From contig JAURCP010000002.1 in assembly GCA_030828405.1 (NCBI GenBank), forward strand, positions 70,935 to 134,934: 64,000 bases of DNA, read 5' to 3'. Position 1 is the stretch's first letter; each line of letters starts with the position of its first letter. Origin of the DNA: Thermoplasmatota archaeon. GTDB lineage: Archaea; Thermoplasmatota; Poseidoniia; Poseidoniales; Thalassarchaeaceae. The translations under genes were made by a program, and so were the position numbers. Positions 9,735-19,937 of this stretch are shown here, piece by piece. The notes beneath the pieces were generated by a model. The model did not search any database. It saw only the letters and a list, made by a program, of their open reading frames with translations, and was not told the DNA's origin.

Positions 9735-11098
9735 TAATTATCACCTCTAAGTGATTTAGTAACTTTATTTATTGGAACATTTTTGTTTACTATGTCTGAG
9801 AACCTATCGAATAATGGTGCCGCATCTAATGGGCCGGGACGAGCTTCTGGGTGAAATTGAACCGTGAATGAAGATTTACCAACTAAGTCTAAACCCTCAA
9901 CGGTCCTATCATTAGAATTGATATATCTGACTTTGAAGTCAGCGCCAAGGACATTTGTGCCTTTTTCTGAGCATACACCACTTGGGTGAGGTGCAAGCAT
10001 CCCTTGATCGGGGTCTTCAACAGCAAATCCATGATTCTGACTGGTAATATATACTCTCTTACTCTCTAAATCCATTACTGGTTGATTAGCTCCTCTATGT
10101 CCGTACCTTAGTTTATATGTCCTGAGACCTGCAGCTAATCCCATTAATTGGTGCCCTAGGCATATTCCCATTACTGGGAAATCTTTCCTAACTGCCGCTG
10201 CTAATGTTTCCCTTGCTATTGTCGCTGAACCAGGATGTGCTGGATCACCGGGCCCATTTGATGAGAAAAAAGCATCAGGAGACCATTGTTCTATTATTTC
10301 ATCAAAATTCATATCTGCAGGACACCACACAACTTCAAATCGAGTACATAATTCTCTTAGAATATTAAATTTAATGCCGCAATCAATTGCAGCAAGGCGA
10401 GGGAAGGGATTACCATCCATATCTGTAGCCCCTTCATTCAAAATTATAGATTCAGAGCAAGTAACTTCAGCGACCAAATCTGAATGGTCAGGGGGCGAAA
10501 GGTTTTCTAAAATATTAATTAATTCTTGCTCTTTTTCAACAGGTCCGAATACGCATAACACAGTCCCATGCTCTCTAACTCTTCTAGTCAAAGATCTGGT
10601 ATCAATTCCCTCAATTCCTGGTACTCCATGAGATATTAGAAGGTCATGAACGCTACCTATTGAATCACGATGATCTGGTATTTTCATCAACTCTCTGCAA
10701 ACGACTCCTCTGGGCCAGACAGAAGATGATTCAGAGCCACATCTATGAACACCATAATTCCCTAATAGAGGCCATGTAAAAGTTAAAACCTGTCCTGCGA
10801 ATGAAGGGTCAGTTAGACTTTCTTGATAACCACACATTCCAGTAGTGAAGACTAACTCACCCATTGCAATAGTTTCCGCACCAAATAATTGTCCTTTGAA
10901 GCGAGTACCATCAGCCAATATTAGAAGACCGGGTTCTAAACTTGGAGGTTGTAATTCCTTTGAATCAATAAGAATATCTGCTGCATCTACGAATGTTGGT
11001 GGTTCTTTAACACCCAAAATATCAGCACCGGGAGTGAATCCTCTACCCGGTGTCGACTCCGACATCATCGATACTGCCGGAACACGATTATTAATCAT
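9734..11098 (-). CDS. carA: Carbamoyl-phosphate synthase small (glutaminase) subunit
   Basis: CPSase small-chain N-domain (LILADGTRFKGQLFGA) and class I GATase (GICLGHQL, QFHPEA). The roughly 45-55 aa upstream of the conserved core have no SD, so the start is uncertain. Confidence 0.93.
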   Translation of the reverse strand: MINNRVPAVSMMSESTPGRGFTPGADILGVKEPPTFVDAADILIDSKELQPPSLEPGLLILADGTRFKGQLFGAETIAMGELVFTTGMCGYQESLTDPSFAGQVLTFTWPLLGNYGVHRCGSESSSVWPRGVVCRELMKIPDHRDSIGSVHDLLISHGVPGIEGIDTRSLTRRVREHGTVLCVFGPVEKEQELINILENLSPPDHSDLVAEVTCSESIILNEGATDMDGNPFPRLAAIDCGIKFNILRELCTRFEVVWCPADMNFDEIIEQWSPDAFFSSNGPGDPAHPGSATIARETLAAAVRKDFPVMGICLGHQLMGLAAGLRTYKLRYGHRGANQPVMDLESKRVYITSQNHGFAVEDPDQGMLAPHPSGVCSEKGTNVLGADFKVRYINSNDRTVEGLDLVGKSSFTVQFHPEARPGPLDAAPLFDRFSDIVNKNVPINKVTKSLRGDN

Positions 11099-11118
11099 TG
11101 ACTACAAGAAATCAGATT

Positions 11119-11685
11119 TTATTCTTCTTCGAAAGTAATTACTTGTTTTCTTTTACCGTTTGGTATCACTTTAATTTCACCACCGGAAAAATGTTTTTCC
11201 TCTTCGATATCACCTATCAAAGACTCAAGAAATATTGCTAAAGCAGCCACTTCAGAGTGGGGTTGATTACCAACCGAGATGTTATGACTTGCTAAGCGAT
11301 AGACTTCGCCGGGAACTTTAGTACCACCAACTACTACTACCATTGGCCTGGATAGATCAATATTAGGTAATTCATCTTTCCAAGTTTCGCCATACATTGT
11401 AAGATGGATAATTGTGCCAGGTTTACCATCTCCTGAATTTTTTGAAAAATTACGTAGAAATCTCAGAGGTTTTTTTTCATAAAAACATTTGAAATCACCA
11501 CCGAACCTTTTTGTAACTGATTTCCAAGTTTCTAAAGCAGAAGGATCTTCTTCACCTGCTAAATGTATCTCATCAGCACCAAAAGCTCTAGCGGTCAATC
11601 CCAAATGTGAAGTGATACGTTTGTCTCTATCTCGCCTATGACCTAGCCTCAGGACACTAACATAAGGAATTTTGTCACCGTTCAC
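11119..11685 (-). CDS. trm56: tRNA (cytidine56-2'-O)-methyltransferase aTrm56 (SPOUT)
   Basis: VLRLGHRRDRDKRITSHLGLTARAFGA, HLTMYGE, VVVGGTKVPGEVY, SVGNQPHSEVAALAIFLE. These match the archaeal Trm56 family pattern from memory. Confidence 0.85.
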   Translation of the reverse strand: MNGDKIPYVSVLRLGHRRDRDKRITSHLGLTARAFGADEIHLAGEEDPSALETWKSVTKRFGGDFKCFYEKKPLRFLRNFSKNSGDGKPGTIIHLTMYGETWKDELPNIDLSRPMVVVVGGTKVPGEVYRLASHNISVGNQPHSEVAALAIFLESLIGDIEEEKHFSGGEIKVIPNGKRKQVITFEEE

Positions 11686-12362
11686 ATTTCATATGCGAGA
11701 GGAACTTCTTCATCAGTATGACCCTCGTGAATATTTTGATTGGTTGAAGAGAAAATATCAACATCATTAGATAATAACCAAGTTCTAACCCATTGAAGCA
11801 ATAGCGCCTCGAAGAAAAACCTCGTAGCAAAATGAAGTAATAATGCCAACATTGTTAGTCTGCCACTAGCGGAAATAGCATTTTGTACATCCATTTCTCC
11901 GGTACCTAATACCAAATTACCAAATGGTTCTAGAATGTAAAAGGCACCAAGAATTACCAAAATACCAGCTAAATTTGATAGAACCGCATTACCCCTCTCC
12001 CTACCAATTGACATGACTAAAGTTGCAAGTAAGGCGATACTTGGAACTATCAAACTTAATTCTGCAAACTCAAACCCACCTAATTGAGAAATAGGTATCA
12101 CTGAGTCCCCTAATCTTTCAGCTCCTTTTTCAACTGAAATCCACCAAAGTAAAATTGCCATTATGAGCATGGCTCCCGAAATTCTTCCTCTTTGAAATAT
12201 CATGTCTCTAATATCATGTCTATTTTGAGGCTGAAGTCTTTGAATTATTGACTCCATCATCTCCAATGATGATTGATTCATGGAATCATCATTTGGGATA
12301 CTAGAAGTGGGTGAATTGGCAGCAGACAAACTGTCATTAACTGCATCGTCTCCTATAACCAT
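11682..12362 (-). CDS. Hypothetical membrane protein (about 4 TM)
   Basis: Long ORF with a polar N-terminus followed by hydrophobic helices. Its stop overlaps the trm56 start (ATGA). No family recognised. Confidence 0.55.
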   Translation of the reverse strand: MVIGDDAVNDSLSAANSPTSSIPNDDSMNQSSLEMMESIIQRLQPQNRHDIRDMIFQRGRISGAMLIMAILLWWISVEKGAERLGDSVIPISQLGGFEFAELSLIVPSIALLATLVMSIGRERGNAVLSNLAGILVILGAFYILEPFGNLVLGTGEMDVQNAISASGRLTMLALLLHFATRFFFEALLLQWVRTWLLSNDVDIFSSTNQNIHEGHTDEEVPLAYEM

Positions 12363-12417
12363 CGTTGGATTGCCACTACATCACATCATAAAGGGTTGGT
12401 AGAATCGAGGCGCTAAC

Positions 12418-13257
12418 ATGCCTGACTGGAGACCCTTGATAGTTCGCCGGAAAGACGGTTATCCAAGAATTATGGGCGTAATAAATATCACTCCAGACTC
12501 TTTTTTTGAAGATTCAAGAAGTAACAATATTTCTGAGACAATTAAGATTGCGGAATCAATGATTCAAAATGGAGCAGATTGGTTAGATGTTGGAGGTGAA
12601 TCAACCAGACCAGGCGCAGAACCTGTAGAAGAAGAGGAAGAAATATCTAGAGTAGTTCCAGTAATCAGAGAATTAAGGAGGAAATTTCCTAGAATTGGGA
12701 TATCTGTAGATACAAGAAGATCGGAAGTGGCCAAGCTTTCTTTAGAAGTAGGAGCAGATATGATTAATGATATTTCTGCACTTAGTGATGAAAATATGAT
12801 TAATGTTATAAAACAGAGTGACTGTTATATCTGTCTAATGCACATGAAAGGTTTACCAGAAAATATGCAAGATAACCCTCAATACGATGATGTAGTAGCC
12901 GAGGTAAGAAGTAGATTGAATGAAAAAGTAAGTTTACTAATTAGAGAAGGAATAGATAGGGAAAGAATAATTGTCGATCCTGGAATAGGATTTGGGAAAA
13001 CATTAGAGCATAATCTATTGCTGTTAAAATCCGGCAGAGAAATTATTCCCATGAGAAATGTTAAACTAATGTGGGGAGTAAGTAGGAAGAGCATGTTTTC
13101 CGAATTATTGGGGAGAATTGAAACAAGAGACAGATTAGCAGGAACTCTTGGAATAGCAGCGATGACTAAATCAAAAGCCGTAGACATCATCAGAGTCCAT
13201 GACGTCGCAGAACATGCAGACCTGTTTCGCGCAATGTCTGCTTTGGAGGATTTCTAA
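12418..13257 (+). CDS. folP: Dihydropteroate synthase
   Basis: Pterin-binding domain motifs: GVINITPDSF, DVGGESTRPGA, INDISA, DPGIGFGKT. Confidence 0.9.
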   Translation: MPDWRPLIVRRKDGYPRIMGVINITPDSFFEDSRSNNISETIKIAESMIQNGADWLDVGGESTRPGAEPVEEEEEISRVVPVIRELRRKFPRIGISVDTRRSEVAKLSLEVGADMINDISALSDENMINVIKQSDCYICLMHMKGLPENMQDNPQYDDVVAEVRSRLNEKVSLLIREGIDRERIIVDPGIGFGKTLEHNLLLLKSGREIIPMRNVKLMWGVSRKSMFSELLGRIETRDRLAGTLGIAAMTKSKAVDIIRVHDVAEHADLFRAMSALEDF

Positions 13258-14423
13258 TGACTAATATCACTAAGAATATAGTAGATATAGATGAAAATCT
13301 TCGTTTGTTAGGGACTGCCCATGTCAGCAAAACTTCAGTTGAACTCGTTAGAGAACAAATTAGAGATTTCAAGCCCGATATTATCGCAGTAGAGTTATGT
13401 GAATCGAGATTATCAGCATTAAAGAAACCTGAAGGAATAGATAATGAGGATTTACTCAAAATAATTAGTGATGGGAAAGCTGGAATGATTTTTCTACAAT
13501 CCGCATTATCTGTTCAACAAAGAAAGATGGGGATCGATACTGGAGAAAAGCCAGGTGCAGAATTATTGGCTGCAATAAATATCGCAGAAGAAGAAAAAAT
13601 ACCGTTTGAATTAATTGATAGAAATGTAGTTATTACACTTAGGAGAGCCTGGCATAGTATGGGTTTTTTTGAGAAATTCAGAGTTTTTGATGCATTATTA
13701 TCCGATGAAAATGATGATGATTTTGACTTAGAAGAGTTACTTGAAGATAGTGATTTACTGTCTAATATGATGGAAGATGTATACCTAGTAGCACCAAATG
13801 CAGGAAAGGTCCTCATTGATGAGCGTGATGAGTTTTTAACAGGTAGAATTCAACAAATCCGTGGGAAAGGAAAAGTTCTAGCAGTAGTTGGTGCTGGTCA
13901 TTTGAAAGGAATACAATTGAATTTAAAAAAGCCATCTTTAGAGACTACTTCTAAGCTCAACAGCTTAAACGAACAACCAAAAAAACCCAGTTGGCCTAAA
14001 TATTTAATGACTACAATACCTATATTTTTAGCATTAATGATTGGAAAAAGTGTTTATGAAGGAGATATTTCAGAATTATTTGATTCAATCTCGATTTGGT
14101 TGATCTTAAATTCGTTTTTAGCAGGTTTGGGAGTTTTAGTAGCTAGAGGACATCCAATGTCAATATTAGTTGGCGCAATAGCATCACCAATTACATCTCT
14201 AAACCCAAGTCTTGCAGCCGGTTGGTTTGCTGGCTATACTCAATTAAAAATGGCACCACCTACAGGAAAAGATGCTTATGATTTCCTTGAATTTTCGAGT
14301 TTATTCAATATTTTCTTCAAAAATAAAGTTGGTAGAGTACTGATGGTTACAATATTCGGAAATCTAGGCTCATCAGTAGGGAGTATTCTAGCGATAGCTA
14401 TGATTTCATCAGGATTTATCTAA
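13257..14423 (+). CDS. TraB/PrgY (GumN-like) family protein with C-terminal TM domain
   Basis: LLGTAHVSKTSVELV..PDIIAVELC..R and ID.RD.....R signature segments, with hydrophobic C-terminal helices. The start overlaps the folP stop (TAATG). Confidence 0.7.
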   Translation: MTNITKNIVDIDENLRLLGTAHVSKTSVELVREQIRDFKPDIIAVELCESRLSALKKPEGIDNEDLLKIISDGKAGMIFLQSALSVQQRKMGIDTGEKPGAELLAAINIAEEEKIPFELIDRNVVITLRRAWHSMGFFEKFRVFDALLSDENDDDFDLEELLEDSDLLSNMMEDVYLVAPNAGKVLIDERDEFLTGRIQQIRGKGKVLAVVGAGHLKGIQLNLKKPSLETTSKLNSLNEQPKKPSWPKYLMTTIPIFLALMIGKSVYEGDISELFDSISIWLILNSFLAGLGVLVARGHPMSILVGAIASPITSLNPSLAAGWFAGYTQLKMAPPTGKDAYDFLEFSSLFNIFFKNKVGRVLMVTIFGNLGSSVGSILAIAMISSGFI

Positions 14424-14433
14424 AAGTGATATT

Positions 14434-15411
14434 ATGAGTAGGAAAATAGGTATAATTTGTTCTATAATAATTAGTATTATTGCCTACTTAATGAATAATG
14501 TTTTTATTGATTTAGAAATTAATATTGGAGCTAGTACTTTGGCGCTGATTTTCGGCGCAATATCGGCGAATCTTGTACCTAACATAGAAAAAGGAGGCAA
14601 ATGGATGATAAAAATAATAATGCCCTTAGCAATAATTTTACTTGGTTTTGCTTTGAATTTAACATCTTTCCTAAAATCAGATATAGGATATCTAGGGCTA
14701 ATTGTAGTTATGATTACAGCAATTACTAGTTTCATGACATGCTACTTTATTGGAAGATATATGAAATTGGATTTAGGGACTAGTTTAGCACTTGGAACAG
14801 GTGGAGCAATTTGTGGAAACAGTGCAGTCATTGCAGTATCACCTGGGCTGAAATTAAAAGAAGAAAAAGTAGGAGTAATTCTTGCAATAATTAATATATT
14901 AGGTTTGATTACATTTTTTAGTATTCCTATTCTATCAAAGATATTGAATTTGACTGAAGAACAAGGAGGAATTTGGGCAGGATCTGTAATCCACGCTGTA
15001 CCCCAAGCAATCGCTGCGGGGGAAACCATTGGCCCAGAAGCAATGGTCATTGCTACAACTGTGAAGTTATCAAGAGTTTCACTATTGATAATTATAGTCC
15101 CATTGTGTGCAATTATAGCCAATAATAAGGAAAAGATGGAAGGCGAGAAATTTAAAATTGGTAGGATTCCATTTTTCGTACCTGGCTTTGTTTTAACTGC
15201 AATATTATCGACATGGTTGATGCCTACAGAAATTTCCAATCATCTATCTTCCTTAGGTAAAATATTACTACTCCCATTACTTGCATCAGTTGGATTTTTC
15301 ATAAATAAAGAAAGTATGAAAGATGCTGGGGGACCTATATTAGTAGTGGGTTTAGTAGCAACAGTTTGTATGTTAATCAGTAGTTATTTGACAATAATGA
15401 TTTTTTCATAA
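14434..15411 (+). CDS. YeiH/UPF0324 family membrane transporter (putative sulfate exporter family)
   Basis: Polytopic membrane protein with the family-typical GTGGAICGNSAVIAVSP segment. Confidence 0.65.
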   Translation: MSRKIGIICSIIISIIAYLMNNVFIDLEINIGASTLALIFGAISANLVPNIEKGGKWMIKIIMPLAIILLGFALNLTSFLKSDIGYLGLIVVMITAITSFMTCYFIGRYMKLDLGTSLALGTGGAICGNSAVIAVSPGLKLKEEKVGVILAIINILGLITFFSIPILSKILNLTEEQGGIWAGSVIHAVPQAIAAGETIGPEAMVIATTVKLSRVSLLIIIVPLCAIIANNKEKMEGEKFKIGRIPFFVPGFVLTAILSTWLMPTEISNHLSSLGKILLLPLLASVGFFINKESMKDAGGPILVVGLVATVCMLISSYLTIMIFS

Positions 15412-15433
15412 ATTAGAAATAAGGAGATTTATA

Positions 15434-16240
15434 ATGGAGCCATTTACAGTATTAGCATTGATTCTAATTTTTTCTACTGCAATTATTTTCTCACCACTAG
15501 GGTTAGGAGGAGGACTTATTTTTATGCCAATTCTACATTATATCATGGGTTGGGAAATTAAAATCGCAATATTTGGTTCTTTAATATTAGTCTGGTCAGT
15601 AGCTCTAGGCAGCCAGTTTGCTCACCAGAAAGGAGGTTATGGAGATATTGCAATGGCTAAAAAAGGGATGCAATTTGGAGTTCCCGGCGCAATAATTGGA
15701 GTTGTCTTAGGTTTCTTATTAATCGAATATGTTAGCGATATAACAATCAAAATGATTGCATTAGTAATTGTTTCTTGGATATGTTATAAGGCAATACTAA
15801 GAATTTTATCTAAAGAAGATATAACCGGGGAAGCAATAGGAGAAATGAATGAAAAATATTGGCTAACTGGAATTTTTATGGGAGGCATGTCATCAGGACT
15901 TCTTGGAATAGGAGGTGGAGGAATTTTTGTAACTATGAATAGGAATTATGGAGGATTAGATAGTAAATCGTCAGCAGGTACAGCATTCATGCTAGCGGTA
16001 ATGATTGTTCCAACAGCCATAATTTCTCATTCGTTAATTGATGGCAATGTCAGTAATCTAATAGAAGAAGCAACAAAAATAGGAGTATTTGTTCCATTAT
16101 TGGTTATGTTTTTATCTTTTTCGGGAGCAAAATATGCAATAAAATACTTACCTGTAAAAGCGATTACTGGTCTATTCATACTAATCATCAGCATTAGTGT
16201 GTTGAAATATATTCAAGAAATTATAGCAATGGTAATTTAG
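15434..16240 (+). CDS. TauE/SafE family anion (sulfite/sulfonate) exporter
   Basis: 7-8 TM protein with the duplicated glycine motif (PLGLGGGLIFMPIL and GLLGIGGGGIFVTM) typical of TauE/SafE. Confidence 0.65.
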   Translation: MEPFTVLALILIFSTAIIFSPLGLGGGLIFMPILHYIMGWEIKIAIFGSLILVWSVALGSQFAHQKGGYGDIAMAKKGMQFGVPGAIIGVVLGFLLIEYVSDITIKMIALVIVSWICYKAILRILSKEDITGEAIGEMNEKYWLTGIFMGGMSSGLLGIGGGGIFVTMNRNYGGLDSKSSAGTAFMLAVMIVPTAIISHSLIDGNVSNLIEEATKIGVFVPLLVMFLSFSGAKYAIKYLPVKAITGLFILIISISVLKYIQEIIAMVI

Positions 16241-17460
16241 ATAGATTCGATAACCATTGCAATTCCTTGTCCGCCCCCAATACACGCTGTTGCAACACCA
16301 AATTTACCGCCACATCTCTTTAATTCATGAGCTAAAGTTAGTACTAATCTAGTACCTGTTGCAGCGAGAGGGTGCCCTAAACCAACAGCACCACCATTGA
16401 CATTGACTTTCCCGATATCCAATCCTAAATCTTTGATACAAGCAACTGCTTGACCTGCAAATGCCTCATTAATCTCCCACCTATCAATGTCTTCAATATT
16501 TAGACCCGCTTTTTCTAGGGCTAGGCGGCTACTTGGTACAGGGCCATATGCCATTATTGCTGGTTCTAGACCTACAATACCCCAAGAAACAATTCTTGCT
16601 AAAGGAGAATCACCATCAGAAGATGCCTGGGATGCTGATTTAATCACGACTGCTGCTGCGCCATCGACAACTCCACTAGCATTACCAGCAGTAACTAGGC
16701 TATCTGGGCCAAAAGCCGTTCTTAATTGCGACAAAGACTCAGGAGTTGAATCAAGAACTACATGATCCTCATCTTTGTATGTAATATTCCCAACAGGAAC
16801 AATTTCTTTTTCCCATATTCCGTTCTCTATTGATGAAGCAGTCCTACTGTGTGAAAGTGCCGCGAAATCATCAGTCTCAATTCTGGTTATTCCTTTCCTA
16901 CGACATATTTCATCAGAGGTCTGGGCCATAAAAGACCCACACATGCCATCTAATAAATTAGTAAATAGGTAATCTTCCATATCTTTTTCAAGAACCACTC
17001 CTTGTTTTGGAGGTCTTGCTAATTTGTATGTATCTCTCATTCCACGTAGAACATGAGGAGATTGAGAGAGATTTTCCATACCTCCTGAGACTACAGTTGA
17101 AGCTTCTCCGAGCATTATCATCTGTGCACCAGTTACAATAGATTGTACTCCTGAACCACAGATTCTCGATAGAGTAAGCATTGGAACTTCTTGAGGAATG
17201 CCTGCTCCTAATCCTGCGTGTCTAGCACCAAATATTGCTTGATCACATGTTTGTAATGCATACCCCATTACAACATGATCTACATCTTCTGGAGATGTCC
17301 CTGTTTTCTCAAGAGCACCTTTAATGGCTATTTCTCCCAATTTAAGGGCACTTGTATCTTTCAACAGACCGCCTGGCTGGCCATCTCCTCTTTTTCCACC
17401 TTGCCATTCGCAAAATGGTGTTCTTGCTCCACCAACAATTACTACGTCTTCGACGTCCAT
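16237..17460 (-). CDS. Acetyl-CoA C-acetyltransferase (thiolase II)
   Basis: Thiolase signatures: LSRICGSGVQS (nucleophilic Cys), NVNGGAVGLGHPLAATG, ATACIGGGQGIAMVIE. Confidence 0.92.
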   Translation of the reverse strand: MDVEDVVIVGGARTPFCEWQGGKRGDGQPGGLLKDTSALKLGEIAIKGALEKTGTSPEDVDHVVMGYALQTCDQAIFGARHAGLGAGIPQEVPMLTLSRICGSGVQSIVTGAQMIMLGEASTVVSGGMENLSQSPHVLRGMRDTYKLARPPKQGVVLEKDMEDYLFTNLLDGMCGSFMAQTSDEICRRKGITRIETDDFAALSHSRTASSIENGIWEKEIVPVGNITYKDEDHVVLDSTPESLSQLRTAFGPDSLVTAGNASGVVDGAAAVVIKSASQASSDGDSPLARIVSWGIVGLEPAIMAYGPVPSSRLALEKAGLNIEDIDRWEINEAFAGQAVACIKDLGLDIGKVNVNGGAVGLGHPLAATGTRLVLTLAHELKRCGGKFGVATACIGGGQGIAMVIESI

Positions 17461-17514
17461 GTTAGTCCGAGATACAAATCATTCATGAGGGTGACTATCC
17501 ATTAGGACAGAACC

Positions 17515-18918
17515 TCATTCATTTGTATTGTCTTCTGATAAGGAACCAAGATAGTCAGGTAAATCTACACCAGCCATCTTTGCAACATCATGAATTGGGG
17601 GTAAACTCTGTACTAAACTACTTACGAAATTGCTAGTAGCTGAAGAACCATCGGTGTTACCACCACCATCCCATACAGTTACCTTGTCAATCTTCATGTT
17701 ACGAATTGCCTCAACTTGTGCCGCAACCATATTCTCAATTTTCTCAACCATTAGTAAAGTTGCAGCCGCTTTGGTGTCTCCACCCGCGCTCTTAACCAAA
17801 CCTGCGTAACCGCTGGCTTTAGCGTCCAAAACCTTCTGAATACCTGCGGCTTCTGCTTCATATCTTGCAAGAATTGCATCCGCGTCTCCTCGAGCAATAC
17901 GGCGAAGACGTTCCGCTTCTGCCTCAGCAGAAATCTCAATTTGTTGTTTCTGGATTTGTTCGCGAACAATCTCACTTGCTTGTAATCTTGCTTCTTCTTC
18001 CTTGAAGAATGCACGCTGAATTTCTGCTTCGGCTTGTGCTGCAGCAACTGCTGCACGCTGTTTAGCTGCAGCTTCAATCTCTGCTAAATCCGCATCGGAA
18101 TTCTTCACTATTGCAGTTGCAGCGTTCTCACCGGAAACCGCTAATGCCTCTTGGTTACCAACATATACACGCTGATCTGCTTCAGCAGTCTTACGACCCT
18201 TTTCAGCTTCTGCTAGATTGTTTGCAACTTCAATCTCACGAACTCTGTTTGCCTTTGCTGCACCAACTGCTCCGTCTCTCTCTGCATTTGCAACATCAAT
18301 ACGTGCATTCTCAACTGCAGTTGAAGCGGCTTTCTTACCGATGCTCTCGATATAATCGGACTCATCAGTAATATCTACCAGATTAACGTTAATTAGATAG
18401 ATTCCAATCTTTTGCAATTCGGTATCTACATTAGTCCTAGTCATTTCAAGGAATGTATCTCTGTCCTGATTAATTTGCTCAATCGTCAAAGATGCTACGG
18501 TTAAACGAAGTTGTCCAAAAATAATTTCTTTAGCCATTTCTTCTATTTGTTGAGGAGATAGTTGTAATAACCTTTCAGCAGCATTAGCCATAATCGCTTT
18601 TTCAGTACTGATACCTACGGTAAAAGTACTTGGAACGTTGATTCTGATATTCTGCATAGAAAGTGCATTTCTCAAATCTATATTGATTGTAATTGGAGTC
18701 AATGATAAGAATGCATAATCCTGAATTAGTGGCCAAACTAACGTAGCACCACCATGAATCGTCCTTGAAGCTCTACCTCCTTGAGTACGCCCATAAACTA
18801 CCATAATCTTGTCAGGAGGACATCTCTTGTACCTCTGTGCAAAGAAAATTGTCGTTGCCACCATAACCAAAACTATAGCGAAAATCATTATTGTAATGTA
18901 GGGGGATGTCTCTGCCAT
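17515..18918 (-). CDS. Flotillin-like SPFH/band-7 protein
   Basis: N-terminal TM helix, SPFH core, then a long Ala/Glu-rich coiled coil (EAAAKQRAAVAAAQAEAEIQRAFFKEEEARL). Confidence 0.85.
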   Translation of the reverse strand: MAETSPYITIMIFAIVLVMVATTIFFAQRYKRCPPDKIMVVYGRTQGGRASRTIHGGATLVWPLIQDYAFLSLTPITINIDLRNALSMQNIRINVPSTFTVGISTEKAIMANAAERLLQLSPQQIEEMAKEIIFGQLRLTVASLTIEQINQDRDTFLEMTRTNVDTELQKIGIYLINVNLVDITDESDYIESIGKKAASTAVENARIDVANAERDGAVGAAKANRVREIEVANNLAEAEKGRKTAEADQRVYVGNQEALAVSGENAATAIVKNSDADLAEIEAAAKQRAAVAAAQAEAEIQRAFFKEEEARLQASEIVREQIQKQQIEISAEAEAERLRRIARGDADAILARYEAEAAGIQKVLDAKASGYAGLVKSAGGDTKAAATLLMVEKIENMVAAQVEAIRNMKIDKVTVWDGGGNTDGSSATSNFVSSLVQSLPPIHDVAKMAGVDLPDYLGSLSEDNTNE

Positions 18919-18996
18919 TATATCACTTCAAGTACTATGAACAAGTTCTAGGTCAAGAAGTCTTTGCCGACATCATCTGAAAAACATATTAGAAAA

Positions 18997-19665
18997 TTAT
19001 TTTCTTTTTACAATCAATGTAGATGAAACAACGTCAATGACTTCTGCAAAATCGCCTGTTGACATAGCTTGCCCATCCTCTGTTTTTGCATTATATGTTC
19101 TCATTGCGCTGCCCGATTCTACCTGAATCTGACCTACTCCACCTTCTGGAATTCTAAGGTATATGGTTCCAACTGAACCTATAGCATCATCCATGTCTAT
19201 TGTGCCATCAGATTGAAGCCCAACGAACAGTTGAAATAATTTACCTGTCCCATACATTGAAGCAAAGCCAGACATTGAACCTACAACTATGGCTACAGAA
19301 CCTTCATTAGGATTTTCCCAACTGTCTAGAACCCATAAACCTGCTAAACCGAAAAACATCATAAATGCCATGATTCCTTGGAATGTAAGTGCCTTGAACG
19401 ATGCATCTGCACCCATTGCATCGAAATCTGTACCGAATAATCCATCGAATACATCTGCTGTAATACCTCCGATCATGATTAAGGCAAACCATAGTAAGAA
19501 GAGAATTCCACCCAACACTGCGGAAGAGGCGAAAATTAACCCTAATGTCCCATCACCTCCATCATAACCAACAAGTGAAAATAAATCAAGGTCGCCAAGA
19601 GATGCCATTAAACCTTCTAGAGTAAACTTACATTTCACCTCTTCGGCGACATTAGGTAAATTCAT
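18997..19665 (-). CDS. NfeD-like membrane protein (YqiJ-type partner of flotillin)
   Basis: Several TM helices plus a C-terminal NfeD-type beta-barrel segment (GSVGTIYLRIPEGGVGQIQVE..GDFAEVIDVVSSTLIVK). Lies immediately upstream of the flotillin gene. Confidence 0.65.
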   Translation of the reverse strand: MNLPNVAEEVKCKFTLEGLMASLGDLDLFSLVGYDGGDGTLGLIFASSAVLGGILFLLWFALIMIGGITADVFDGLFGTDFDAMGADASFKALTFQGIMAFMMFFGLAGLWVLDSWENPNEGSVAIVVGSMSGFASMYGTGKLFQLFVGLQSDGTIDMDDAIGSVGTIYLRIPEGGVGQIQVESGSAMRTYNAKTEDGQAMSTGDFAEVIDVVSSTLIVKRK

Positions 19666-19667
19666 TA

Positions 19668-19925
19668 CTATTTACGCTGTTTCATTATAGCCAAATATCT
19701 TTCTAAATTAATTATTGGACCTATAGAAAGTCCAGTAATTATTGCTGAAATTATTAGATTATCAGATAAATCAAAGATGAATAGAAAAAGGATTGCAAGA
19801 ATTATAGGTATTAAGAAGCGGCGAAGAAATAAATGATAACCCCCTAATAATTCAAATGCAGGATTGTCTATCGCATCATCTAACATTCCAGGAAAGCCTT
19901 TCTTCCCACCTGACATCAATCGCAC
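19668..19925 (-). CDS. Small hypothetical membrane protein (2 TM)
   Basis: 85-aa ORF, tightly packed 2 nt from the NfeD-like gene, with two hydrophobic helices. Confidence 0.45.
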   Translation of the reverse strand: MRLMSGGKKGFPGMLDDAIDNPAFELLGGYHLFLRRFLIPIILAILFLFIFDLSDNLIISAIITGLSIGPIINLERYLAIMKQRK

Positions 19926-19937
19926 CTGTTAATTTTG

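Noticed and set aside
10930-11098. N-terminal extension of about 50 aa on CarA.
   Set aside because: No SD precedes either upstream ATG, and the segment is low-complexity. It may be a start-codon assignment problem rather than biology. I cannot resolve it without comparative data.
14742-15239. Long antisense shadow ORFs. Examples: 14742-15239 minus, 29276-29776 plus, 54158-54553 plus, 41391-41762 plus.
   Set aside because: Each lies wholly inside a longer ORF on the opposite strand that has clear family signatures or operon context. No SD or independent motifs are present.
18940-18996. GATGATG ... CTGA strings in the flotillin/NfeD intergenic spacer as a candidate C/D sRNA.
   Set aside because: The C-like and D-like boxes are on opposite strands, and the spacing does not fit a 12-nt guide architecture.
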